NCBI GenBank assembly: GCA_034226945.1
Contig: CP120460.1
Span: forward strand, 744,001 to 808,000
Origin: Picochlorum sp. SENEW3
Lineage: Eukaryota
DNA length: 64,000 bases
Reading direction: 5' to 3'
Position 1 is the stretch's first letter; each line of letters opens with the position of its first letter. The position numbers were made by a program, and so were the translations under genes. Under the pieces are notes generated by a model. The model made no database searches. It saw only the letters and a program-made list of their open reading frames with translations, and had not been told where the DNA came from. This document shows positions 32,572 to 43,489 of this stretch, piece after piece.

Positions 32572-35319
32572 ATGAACGGACGGTCGTCGGCGAGTGGGTC
32601 CCCTGAGGAGGAACTGCTTTCTTTGCGAGCAGAGGTATGTTACAAGGGCAGCATTGTGGTCTGAAAGATTTATTAATGTTACGTTATGGAGGGATCGGGT
32701 GTATATGCTGCGATTGGTTGGTTGGGTGAACACGAACATGAGCGACATGCGTATTTTGTGCAGGTATCACGGCTGCAAGCTCGAATTCGTACATTAGAAA
32801 GACAACTTGAGGTTAATGAATCAAATAAGGTGGATATTGAGGAGAAGGAATACGTAGCAAAGCGTGTGTCGTCGCACGGGTATGCAGAGGAGGATATTGT
32901 GTGTATGAAACGAAGCGATCTGGAGCTTTTACACCTGAAGGAAAAGGCTATGGATGCTATTCAAGAGGGAATCACTATTGCTGATGCAAAATCCCCGGAC
33001 ATGCCTCTGATTTACATCAATGAAGGATTTTCAAAAATGACTGGATATCCTGTGAAAGAGGTCATGCACAAGAACTGCAGATTTCTGCAAGGCGAAGGGA
33101 CGGATGAGAGCAGTGTAGAGACATTGAAGCGTTCTATCAAGAGAGGAGAGCCGTGTGTGGTTCAACTGACGGTGAGTAGCCTTGTTGTGTTGGTATGTTG
33201 ACGGCCATGTGTTTGATGGTGTATTGTTGTGTAGAATTACAAACGGAGTGGAGACGCATTCATTAATTATCTTAGTTTGACCCCAATACGCGATGATCGG
33301 GGGTCTTTGACGCATTATGTGGGTATTCAGTCGGATATCACAGAGTTGGTTAGGTACAAGCAAGCCCAATTGGCAGCAAAGCATGAAGCATCTCAAGCCG
33401 CTGCTGCAACCGAAGCGAAAAGTCAGTTTTTTAGCCGTATGTCGCATGAAATTCGAACGCCTTTGAACGGCATGATTGCAGTGGGACAGCTGCTTGCTGA
33501 TACAAGGTTGACACCACAGCAGTGGGACCTTGTGAATACCATTCGATGCAGTGGTGAAGCTCTTTTGTCGCTGATTACTGATATATTGGATTTTAGCAAG
33601 ATAGAAGCAAACAAAATGGAATTATTATCGACCCAGTTTTACCTCATGTCGACTGTGGAGGCTGCCATGGAGATAGCAGGGATGCATGCTGCGCAGAAGA
33701 GATTGCACCTTGCATATCACATTGATGATGATGTCCCCCCATTGCTCACTGGAGATCCTCATCGATTGCAACAGATATTGCTCAATATTTTGAATAATGC
33801 AGTGAAATTTACAGACGAGGGTGAGATATTTTTGGAGATTGCTGCAAAGCCATTTCCCCAGAATGCTTCTGTGCAACGGCATCTTCCTCATGGTCCAGGG
33901 TACATTCACTTTAGAGTGAGTGATACTGGCATCGGAATAGATACGAATGATTTGGATAGATTGTTTAGATCATTTTCACAATTAGATGCGACGCCCACGC
34001 GAAAATTCGGTGGCTCTGGGTTGGGGTTGACAATCTCTCAAAAGCTCTGTGAGGCCATGGGAGGAGACATGTGGGCACACTCTGATGGGATTGGCACTGG
34101 CAGTACGTTTGCGTGGAGTGTGAAGCTTCCTGCTCCATTAGATTCAAAGCAGCAGCATGAGCAATACATTCAACCGTATCCATATTCCCCCAATTTAGAG
34201 GTGACATCTGGGAAGAAAGTACTGCTGGTGGAGGCGTCAACGGTAGTCCGCAGTGTAGTGGAGAAATCCTTGCTGACCTGGGGATGCAGAGTTCGCTCAA
34301 TGGCATCGGAAGAAGAAGCGATGAAACTGATAAAAACAGTGCACCAAGATGAGCATGGAATGTCAAATCTATCCTTGAATGACAGCCTTGTCACTGGACC
34401 TTTTGATGTCATCATCATGAGCGTATCACACAAGACGCTGCTATCGAAACTGCTTAAACAAAGACATCCAGAAGAAGCAAGAAGGTGCATACTGCTATCA
34501 TGGCCTGGCCATGTGAATTTGTCAGAAGTCCAGCAAGTCGATCCCCATCATGCAGGGGACAAACATGTAGTCCACAATTTGAACGACTCAAAAGCAGCCA
34601 AGACTCTTTGCCAAAGTGAACACGGTGATTGGAAGGCGCTCGACATCGATAAGGGTCTTGATCCAATATGTCCTGGCAGTCTAGGCTATGTCACCGTATC
34701 AAGGCCTGTACGCCAGGGCAGATTGCAAATGGCACTTCAAGAAGTCCTCCAACTGGACATTGATAGCATGCCATGCGACCACGACCACCATACCACGACA
34801 ACGCCGGATGCAAAATCACCGGAAGTATCTGATCCAGATTGTGACATGCAACAAAGCTTTGCTTCATCAAGCAGTTTGTTGCAGGTGTCTTTAAAGCATG
34901 TTGCATCCAGCAACAGTCTTGTTGACGGCCTTGATTCAGACAACAGTGAGAGACGATTACTCATAGCAGAAGACAATGTTATCAACATGAAAGTAGCAAT
35001 CCGCATTCTAAAACGTTTGGGATTCACTCAGATTGACACGGCAGAGGATGGCATTGAAGCAGTCGCCAAGGTGAAGGAGGCCGGTGGACCAGAATACTAT
35101 CATGCAATTCTCATGGATCTCCACATGCCACGCATGGGTGGCATGGATGCGGTCAAAGAAATCAAATTGCTATTCCCTAATCAATCGACAAAGATCATTG
35201 CCGTCACAGCGGACGCATTTGAAGACACCCGAGACACATGTGTTGCACACGGTTTCACTGGCTGGTTGGCAAAGCCATTCCGAGTGGAAGAATTCGCACG
35301 CATTATGAACGAAAACTAA
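32572..35319 (+). CDS. LOV-domain hybrid histidine kinase (LOV-HisKA-HATPase-degenerate REC-REC), 3 exons
   Basis: Exons 32572-32634, 32764-33171 and 33235-35319, both introns phase 0. LOV motifs NCRFLQG and NYKRSG..F.N, H-box MSHEIRTPLNG, N-box NAVKFT, G1 DTGIG, G2 GGSGLGL, REC AEDNVIN..MDLHMP..KP. Confidence 0.92.
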
Positions 35320-35409
35320 TCATCAGGACAAACGACACTCCGTATATTTTCAATTTATTCATACTTGTTATTATTACAATCATATCGTATGACAACTGTA
35401 CCAATTTCA

Positions 35410-35811
35410 TCAAGTCAACCCCGGCCATCCTCTTGTTGGCAATGGTGGCAAATTGATGGACCTGCTCCCAGAGCATCCACATATCGTATCAATTGTATTC
35501 AACCGCACGGACTGCATCGCAGACGCATCTTCTCCAGAACAAAAGCATGCAGACACCTGCTCCCACTGACTCGAATGACGCAAATTACAGCACTGATCTG
35601 GCTGGAAGTCAACGTCACTGCATGCTGATACCAACGTCTGACTCGCCAAAGCCTTCTCTGCTGATGACAATGACGCACATACTGCAGCAGCATTTGGACT
35701 GCAAGTACCACATTGTAACAATGCGCGCCCTTGTACAGTGGAGGATGGCAACACGAGGAACGCGAGGAACCAAATACTGGCCTGTACTGTCCAGCTCGGA
35801 CGCCACTCCAT
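35410..35811 (-). CDS. Small secreted Cys-rich protein (10 Cys, CC..CxC pattern)
   Basis: Signal peptide, RALLQ pro-site-like motif, C-x2-C-x7-C-x18-C-x9-CC-x13-CxC-x19-CxC. Confidence 0.7.
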   Translation of the reverse strand: MEWRPSWTVQASIWFLAFLVLPSSTVQGRALLQCGTCSPNAAAVCASLSSAEKALASQTLVSACSDVDFQPDQCCNLRHSSQWEQVSACFCSGEDASAMQSVRLNTIDTICGCSGSRSINLPPLPTRGWPGLT

Positions 35812-36675
35812 GGACAGATGCTCTATTCTCGTCAGCCTTTATCCAATAAATATACTATAGTTTGAGACACAACCAATCGTATCAATCAAAAACCTCTCTC
35901 TTCTACCCACGGACTGCCAGTCTATTTGCCAATCCTTGCTCAACAACTCCAACTCACGCAGAGTCGTACTATTCGCAAGGAACGGTATTCCAAGACAAAC
36001 GAGAGATATTATTATTACGTTTGGATTTCCAAACGAGACGCCATGTAATTCGAATTCTACTACTGCCCCGACTCGCTCGATGCGTCGGTCAGCTCTTGGA
36101 ATGATTTCCCACGTGTCCTAGGACGCTTCGATCTGTCCAAGAACCCCACAGTTGACCACCTAGAACTCAAAGAACCACCATTCTTTTCATGATATATGCT
36201 TTTGCACGTATGCATGGCCTGTACAGAGTCTGTCGGATGATGTCTCGGTGCCATGCAGCGCCATGACACTCATGCACGATGGGAGATTGGTGGAGTGCAG
36301 ATTCGAATGCTGACAGCTCCCGCGACTTGGGAAGCCAAGATCAGCTGCTAGAGGATTCTGAGTCCGTGTTGCATGAAATGAATACGAATGCCTCCCAATG
36401 ACTGGTTTGGAAGTTAATACGACATAAGAATTGTAAACAGTATGCTCTAGAGACGAGCAGGTATCGTGCGACGTATCCTTCGTGGTTCGGACCGACAACA
36501 GAAGCGACGAGGTATGGCGCATTTCTGCATCTTATGGTGCAGTTGGATGGAATTCTGATGGATATTTTGATATTTTAGGAAACGAGAGAGTGAGCGGGTG
36601 ATGGTGTCGACGTGTGTGGGTTTGACGGAAGAGGGGCGCGAGGCGTAGGCGTTTTCTTCTGCGATAGTATTTGAT

Positions 36676-39600
36676 ATGGTCTACCAATGCCACGAGGGCT
36701 GTGGATTGACAGCACGGTTGATAGTATGTATCTTCTTGTTGAGTGCTGTCTGTCAGCAGCAGCCTGCTCGTGCGAGGAGTTTGCATGGTGCCAAGGGACT
36801 GAGCATCGGTCGTCCCAAGGACATGTCTGCTCCTCATAATAAGGATGTGGTATTTGGTAGAAAGCTGCTGCAGGGTGTGACTGCGTCTCCACAATGTTTG
36901 TTAAAGGTGAATTATACGGTGAATTCTGTGAAAGGGAATGATCAGTATTATTTGTCCAAGTTTTGGTTGGGAGGAGTGGATACCAACGTGACTGCATGGA
37001 GATTTGGTGTCGTATTCCCCGATGGAGACTATATTCGAGATCAGAACGAGTTGATCGGTACCGATGTGGTGCTGGTGAGGAATGGGAGCGCGCCTGTATT
37101 TGGATCTTCACCAACAGAGTATATTGCTCCAGACAACCCTGTGTTTTTCACGTTTCTTCAGTCAATTGGAGAGAATGGGACCCAGCCAAAGCCAGTAGAG
37201 AAAATGATGTTCAACAATTTGTGGTGTTCTCTTGGATCGACTGCGAGTGGAACTGCGGTTGATCAGCAGACAAATGTGTCGACAGAGGTCCCACAGTTGG
37301 TGACCTTGAATTACTTGCCGATCGACTATAGGGACGTAAAATATAACGGCATTACTGAATTTTATATAAAGCTACAGAATGTTCAGAGATACTCATCGAT
37401 TTCGTTAGGAGATTTGAAACTGGTGTATTACTTCCATGGCATGACAGAGCCTCCTGTGAGTGTGTTGAACAATCCTAATGCATTCTTTGACGTCACCTGT
37501 CGTCAATGGGAGAAGAGCGATTGTAATGGAATCAGGCTTGATATTGTGAAGGCGTATCCGGATGAAAGTGGTGCTCAATTTGCTGTAGAAATTACATTTA
37601 ATGAGGATGCAGGATTGTTGCTTCCAAGGCCATCTGGGCAGCAGGATGCATTTTTTGATACAAGTGATCCAAGGATACGAGATGAATTGGGATTTCAACT
37701 TTCTTTGACTCCAAATGCGTTCACAGGTTTTGCATTGAATGAGACCCTGGATTATTCGTACATGATGGCGCCAGAGTTTACAAGTGCACCAGTGAATACA
37801 ACTATCATTCCGAGGTTTGAGGTGAAGAACGATAGGATTCCAGTCTATTTACAGGATCAGTTGATATGGGGTGTACTTCCAGAGAGTGGACAGAATACGG
37901 TCGATGAGCAGGTAGCAGCTAATTCATCGTCGTATGTTTGTGTCAATGGGACACAGTGCGAATTCACTGCTGTATACTGCTGTACTCCCATTAACGCATC
38001 GGATGAGGAGATTTCGACAACGATTCCTGCGTTTTGGAAGGGAGATTGGAGTAGCATTACTATAGATACCAATGATACTGTAGATCCGCCCATGAATGAT
38101 ACGACCTCGTCCATTTTTGACACCACAGAGTCGAGTATTGCATGGGTGGTTGGGCTCGTGGTTGGTCTGGTTAGTGGAGTTCTGATCCTCTTTGGTGGCT
38201 TTCTCTTGTGGCGGAGCAGAAGAAGAAATGGATTTAGTGGGAAAGGCAAGAAAATTGTGGATACATGTCCATCATCACCTGGGGGTAATAGGTCAAGCCA
38301 GGATACCCTTGATACAAGTGATTTGTCATGGGTGATTCCAATCCACCGCAGGTTGGGATCTGATGTGGTTAATAGTGACATGACGATAACGCCTATATCA
38401 TCGCAGAGATCTGTCTCAATATCTGGTGCACTCTTAAAAGCCCAGTCTCTTCCTACTGATACTCGGTTGACGGGAAATTCTGCATCAAGTGAGCAACAGG
38501 GTATGGAAGGATTGTCTCCAAAATCTCCTTCACACCCGAGCGTCTTTGGATACTCTGGAGTAGGCCCTTTGCCACCGAATGTAGATCAGCTTGTAGATTC
38601 AAAGTGCCTGACAATATCGTCTAGAATTAACTGTAGCTCAAGCGAAGCATGTGATGATAATGACATGGATGTAGATGAGGAATTCGTGATTGAGGATTGG
38701 CAGCTGAAGCGTAATAAATCATGGGATGGATTTTTGCACACTGCGTACGAGTCAGATAGTAAAAATGCAGCTCATAGAATTAGAAGAAGGAGACAGCAAG
38801 GTGGTGGCCGGCTAAACACTGTGCTACCACCTCTGTCACCATTACCTCCACCAATGTTTGGAGATGATGAGACAAATGGTATAGACCTGCACATTCCTCC
38901 AGCTGTCATCGAAAAGCATTTAGGAAAGTGCTTGGGAACTGGTGGTTTTGGAGCTGTATACGAAGGAAAATACAAGGGTAAACCGGTCGCTGTGAAAAAG
39001 CTGCCTTCTTTCGTGAGATTGTCTTCTGGAGATGAACAGAATGGTCAAGCTGCATACGAGGCATTGATCAGAGAAATCAAATTGGCATCAAAATTCGATT
39101 GTGAGAGGTTGGTCAAGGTATTTGGGGCATGCACTGATGATAAAAACAAATGTTGTTTAGTCATGGAACTCATGAGAGGTGGAAATTTATACCAGCGCAT
39201 TCACGACCGGAACAGGCGTCGTTTGACATATATTGAAATTCTGCAGCTCATCCATGACATCGCTGAAGGACTAGCATACTTGCATCCATTTGTCATACAT
39301 AGAGACTTGAAGCCTCAAAACATTCTTTTGGATGACGAGGGACGTGCAAAGATTGCCGATTTTGGAATTTCCAAGGTGAAGGACCCTGCAAAGAGTTACC
39401 TCACACAAATGACTGCAGAGAATGGCACGCCCATGTACATGTCTCCAGAGCAAATGAATGGTGGAAAAGTGGATGAAAAGGTAGATGTGTATGCTTTAGG
39501 ATGCATACTTAACGAAATGTACACACGGCGTCAGCCGTGGAAGGATTCCAACCACTTTTTCCAAATCATTCTGAAAGTGGCTGTGAATGGAGACCGGCCG

Positions 39601-39798
39601 TGGGTGGATCCTGACACGCCAGAGCCATTGAAGCGCCTCATCAAGAAATGCTGGCACCAAGACCCCCATCAGCGCCCATCATGTGCAGAGATCATGCGTA
39701 GAACAGATATTCTGATCCAAGAAGAACTCATGCGATGGGAAACAATTGGAATGTCCCAAGCAATACAAAGTTCAAAAAAAGCAATAGTACATGTGTAA
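36676..39798 (+). CDS. Single-pass receptor-like TKL kinase with CBM2-like and CBM3-like ectodomain
   Basis: Signal peptide and TM (IAWVVGLVVGLVSGVLILFGGFLLW-RSRRR). Kinase motifs GTGGFG, VAVK, HRDLKPQN, DFG, GTPMYMSPE, DVYALG. Ectodomain motifs are described in the findings. Confidence 0.88.
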   Translation: MVYQCHEGCGLTARLIVCIFLLSAVCQQQPARARSLHGAKGLSIGRPKDMSAPHNKDVVFGRKLLQGVTASPQCLLKVNYTVNSVKGNDQYYLSKFWLGGVDTNVTAWRFGVVFPDGDYIRDQNELIGTDVVLVRNGSAPVFGSSPTEYIAPDNPVFFTFLQSIGENGTQPKPVEKMMFNNLWCSLGSTASGTAVDQQTNVSTEVPQLVTLNYLPIDYRDVKYNGITEFYIKLQNVQRYSSISLGDLKLVYYFHGMTEPPVSVLNNPNAFFDVTCRQWEKSDCNGIRLDIVKAYPDESGAQFAVEITFNEDAGLLLPRPSGQQDAFFDTSDPRIRDELGFQLSLTPNAFTGFALNETLDYSYMMAPEFTSAPVNTTIIPRFEVKNDRIPVYLQDQLIWGVLPESGQNTVDEQVAANSSSYVCVNGTQCEFTAVYCCTPINASDEEISTTIPAFWKGDWSSITIDTNDTVDPPMNDTTSSIFDTTESSIAWVVGLVVGLVSGVLILFGGFLLWRSRRRNGFSGKGKKIVDTCPSSPGGNRSSQDTLDTSDLSWVIPIHRRLGSDVVNSDMTITPISSQRSVSISGALLKAQSLPTDTRLTGNSASSEQQGMEGLSPKSPSHPSVFGYSGVGPLPPNVDQLVDSKCLTISSRINCSSSEACDDNDMDVDEEFVIEDWQLKRNKSWDGFLHTAYESDSKNAAHRIRRRRQQGGGRLNTVLPPLSPLPPPMFGDDETNGIDLHIPPAVIEKHLGKCLGTGGFGAVYEGKYKGKPVAVKKLPSFVRLSSGDEQNGQAAYEALIREIKLASKFDCERLVKVFGACTDDKNKCCLVMELMRGGNLYQRIHDRNRRRLTYIEILQLIHDIAEGLAYLHPFVIHRDLKPQNILLDDEGRAKIADFGISKVKDPAKSYLTQMTAENGTPMYMSPEQMNGGKVDEKVDVYALGCILNEMYTRRQPWKDSNHFFQIILKVAVNGDRPWVDPDTPEPLKRLIKKCWHQDPHQRPSCAEIMRRTDILIQEELMRWETIGMSQAIQSSKKAIVHV

Positions 39799-39804
39799 CT
39801 GCGA

Positions 39805-41367
39805 CTACTTTACAAAAATTGCTACAAAAAATCCATCAGTACCATCTTCTATAGGGTCTACTCTCAAAACCTTTCTGGCCTCACCAGCAGGCAGAATGTC
39901 TTCTTGTCTTTCTTCCTGCTGGAGAACCAGCCCTCTCCGAGGCCAGGAGGGGAATACCTCTGCCACATGAAACCCATGCTCCTTTGCAAACTCCAAAACA
40001 TGAGCAACGACACCCTCATTTTCTTCATAATAAATACTGCACGTTGAATACACAATCTTCTTTACGTTTGGAAACGACATGGCATGCTGAATTACTGAGA
40101 TTTGAAACTGCTTTAAGGACAGCACACGCTCATCCACATGCATGACTCCTCTCTGAGACACATGTTGACTAGAATTTGGGAGTAAATAGTCCATTCTTGA
40201 CACTGCAGTCCCACTGCCACTGCATGATGGGTCAAGCAGTATGGCATCCACTCGAGCAAACTCACTAGGGTCTGCCTCTAGAAAATCTCGACACGAGGGT
40301 TCTATTATGGAAGTCGTACCAGTGAGTGCGACATTTTTCTTCAATATCTCCAACCTTCGCGTATCTTTGTCAAATGCAAATACTTTTCCACGAACATCAG
40401 AAGTGCCTGTTGCTTTATGTGACATGATTGCAGCCAGGTGTGTCGTCTTGTTCCCTGGAGCTGCACAGGCATCAATGACATGCCAATGTGGCTCCGGATC
40501 CAACACAGAAGCAGGAATACATGATGCCAAACTTTGAAGAACAACATTTCCGCTCCGAACTAAAGTATGCGAATGCAAATCGCTCCCTGGATCCAATTCA
40601 ATAACATCAGGCAGATGCTCAGAAATACTCACCGATTGGAATTCTTCCATCAACTGATTCTTCACCTCTTCCACGGATACCTTTGCCAAATTTACTCGCA
40701 ATGTTCTTTTTCTCTTTGCTGCTGCCACCATCAACTCATTCTGTGGCAGCATGTCGGCCACACTCTGTACACCAGACTGTTCTACCAGATTTGAGAGCTC
40801 CCTCTTCAATTCCTCCTCCTTCTCCAGCACCAGTCTTTCCGCACGGCCAATCCGCGATATACCATCTCCCAAGACAATCTCTCTAACAAGTACACACAAG
40901 GTTGCCTCAGACATACCCCCAAAATCACCCCTGAAAACCTCATTGACCAAACTCTTGAGCACACTGTAGTACTTTAACGTCTCAACCGTCACAGCATACA
41001 CTGCCTTTTTCTGTCGAACATTCTTCCCAAGAGTCAAAGATTTAAGCGACACCCCATGTTTCCCTGTTGCATCCGCCTCGACAAGCCTCCCTATAGCATA
41101 TGCAGCCTGTCGAAGAATATCAGACTGTGCAAGTGTATACTGATGCGATCTTGACCGACCCTCAGAGCTTTTTCCCACCTTTGAAACTGAACTACCTTTA
41201 TGAGACGTATACGAGGCAGACCTTTGCTTCTTTACCTTCTTCCCAGGTGTGGGCACACCTCCTTTTCCCCCACCAGTTAGAGTACCTCCTCCAGTTGTGC
41301 TGTTCGGAAAAGACCCATTCCCCTTCCTTTTCCCCAGAATACTGGTCTTCTTCTTTCTCTTTCTCAT
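39805..41367 (-). CDS. NSUN5: NSUN5/Rcm1-like rRNA (cytosine-C5) methyltransferase
   Basis: LQSLASCIPA, IDACAAPGNKTTH, LLDPSCSGSG, VYSTCSI...ENE, TDGFFVA. Start position uncertain. Confidence 0.87.
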   Translation of the reverse strand: MRKRKKKTSILGKRKGNGSFPNSTTGGGTLTGGGKGGVPTPGKKVKKQRSASYTSHKGSSVSKVGKSSEGRSRSHQYTLAQSDILRQAAYAIGRLVEADATGKHGVSLKSLTLGKNVRQKKAVYAVTVETLKYYSVLKSLVNEVFRGDFGGMSEATLCVLVREIVLGDGISRIGRAERLVLEKEEELKRELSNLVEQSGVQSVADMLPQNELMVAAAKRKRTLRVNLAKVSVEEVKNQLMEEFQSVSISEHLPDVIELDPGSDLHSHTLVRSGNVVLQSLASCIPASVLDPEPHWHVIDACAAPGNKTTHLAAIMSHKATGTSDVRGKVFAFDKDTRRLEILKKNVALTGTTSIIEPSCRDFLEADPSEFARVDAILLDPSCSGSGTAVSRMDYLLPNSSQHVSQRGVMHVDERVLSLKQFQISVIQHAMSFPNVKKIVYSTCSIYYEENEGVVAHVLEFAKEHGFHVAEVFPSWPRRGLVLQQEERQEDILPAGEARKVLRVDPIEDGTDGFFVAIFVK

Positions 41368-41756
41368 GATGAATACATAAACATGTAATTCATAACCCCT
41401 CAATCAGACCAGAGCTGAAATTTAAGTGCTTTTATAATGCATGCACGATGCCAAATTTTACTAAATATTACGAAATACGAAACGCGTTGGTTGACGGACT
41501 GTGTCCTGTTTGTATTTGGCTTCACATTCGATCCGAAAAGGCATAAAGATAACATATTTGATGCGTTAAATTCGTTTAATATTCATTATTATATAGAAAT
41601 AAGAAGCGAGTAGCCGAAAAGGTGGACATACAGCGAGTCGGTTGGTGGTGGACAAGCGTCCTCTCCAACGCACAGGGAGTCTAGATATATATAACTGACA
41701 TCTTGACTGTGCTCCGCATACACACTAGGACATTACTTTTAAAACATTAAAAAGAG

Positions 41757-43440
41757 ATGGCGATAGTTTGTAAGGGATTGGTATTGCTCGCCTCGATGCT
41801 GGTCTCAGCTGTACTCGCTCAGGAGCAGGGGGACGCAGCGTCTACGGCACCATCCTACTCGACATGCCAGAGACAGTTTTTAGACGCATTGATCCCTGTT
41901 GGAAGAAATGCATCGGCTCCCATGGTTGATTTGATCGATCCAGATACCCCCGAGCAGGATTGTATAAAAAGGCTATGCTTGGGTGACTATGCAACCTGTG
42001 ATCCAATTGCAAACAATGCAAACGACATCCCATACTCGGACATGATACTCGTCTTTTCTGACGAATTCAATACCGATGGGAGAGAATTTGGAGTGAAAGC
42101 GAGGGACCCGCGATGGACTGCAGAGGATATTTATTACTTCCCAACACAGGATATAGAAGTGTACAAACCAGAGCAGGTCACAACATCAGGTTCGTTGGTA
42201 TCTCGGATACTCTGCAGTCATGATCATCATAACAGTATGACTTTTTTAAAATATACATGCAGGTGGCCATGCAACCATCACCATGGAAAAGTTACGAAAG
42301 CCAGAGCATGCCATCAGTTTGCAGCCTAATGGGGAGAAATGGGATGTGGCAAAGAATTTCAAGAGTGGGATGGTGAACTCATGGAATAAGTTTTGCTTTA
42401 CTGGAGGATACATGGAAATGAATGTCAAGATGCCAGGAGATGACAAAGTTCCAGGTTTATGGCCAGCCTTTTGGGCCATGGGGAATCTGGGTAGAGCAGG
42501 ATATATGCCATCCACGGGAGGATTTTGGCCATACTCGTACAACGAATGTGGAAAAGGATCGAATTCATCAAGCACCATACCAGGGTCTCTTGTACCAGAT
42601 CAACGAGTGAGTGCATGCCAACTCAGCCCAGAGGACCCTGGGTACGTGAACAGATCCCGGTATGGTTTTGAAGAAGGAAAAGCCAGAAACTCACCAGAAT
42701 TCGACGTATTCGAGGTGGTTGTCGTACGAGACATTGGATCAGAAACGAGTCAAACATTACAAATGGCCCCTCTTGTACCACAAGGAACATCATGGGCTGA
42801 TTTAGACTGGTATGTCCAAGATGGCGTACCAGAGGGTGTCGCATACCCAGGCGGTATTTCATTCCTCCGCACTGAAGGTAATCAGTGGCAGGGCCGATGG
42901 GGAAGACCAGGTAATGAATACCAAGACTCTCTATCTGCCATATCCCACCTCAACAGTACATTTTATGATTCATACCACACCTTTGGTGTCGACTGGGACC
43001 CAGGAAACTATCTAAGATGGTATGTGGATGGATTGTTTGCATACGAAATAAACGCAAACGCACTGCGAGAAATGACAGGCAATGTCAGCGGAGAATTCAT
43101 TACTATCGGAGAGAGAATGATCCCTATGGAACCCATGTACATGATTTTCAACCTGGGAATGTCAAGAGACTTTGGAGAAGTCGACATTGAAAACCTGCAG
43201 TTCCCAGCAGAGATGGACATTGATTACATTAGAGTCTATCAGAGACCAGACAAGGTGAATGTCGGATGCGATCCCCCAGATTATCCGACATCCCAGTGGA
43301 TTGCGTGTCATAAGAATGATTTTATGACGAATCCAGACGATGAGATTCTCTTTGACGAATGCCTGTCCCGTGCCTTCGCCCCCAGCACCGTGACAACCAT
43401 GATGATTGCATTGCTCTCCATTGTATTGTTCTTTTTCTAA
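41757..43440 (+). CDS. KRE6/SKN1-like GH16 beta-glucan transglycosylase, 2 exons
   Basis: Intron 42190-42262. LVFSDEFN, SGMVNSWNKFCFTGG, GLWPAFWAMGNLGRAGY, WPYSY, PEFDVFE, IP.EPMY.I.NLG.S, FPA.M.IDYIRVYQ, CDPPDYPT. Signal peptide and hydrophobic C-terminus. Confidence 0.9.
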
Positions 43441-43489
43441 ACCATCCATGTTAATACCATAAAAGAATTGGGTAGTAGTAGTAGTAATC

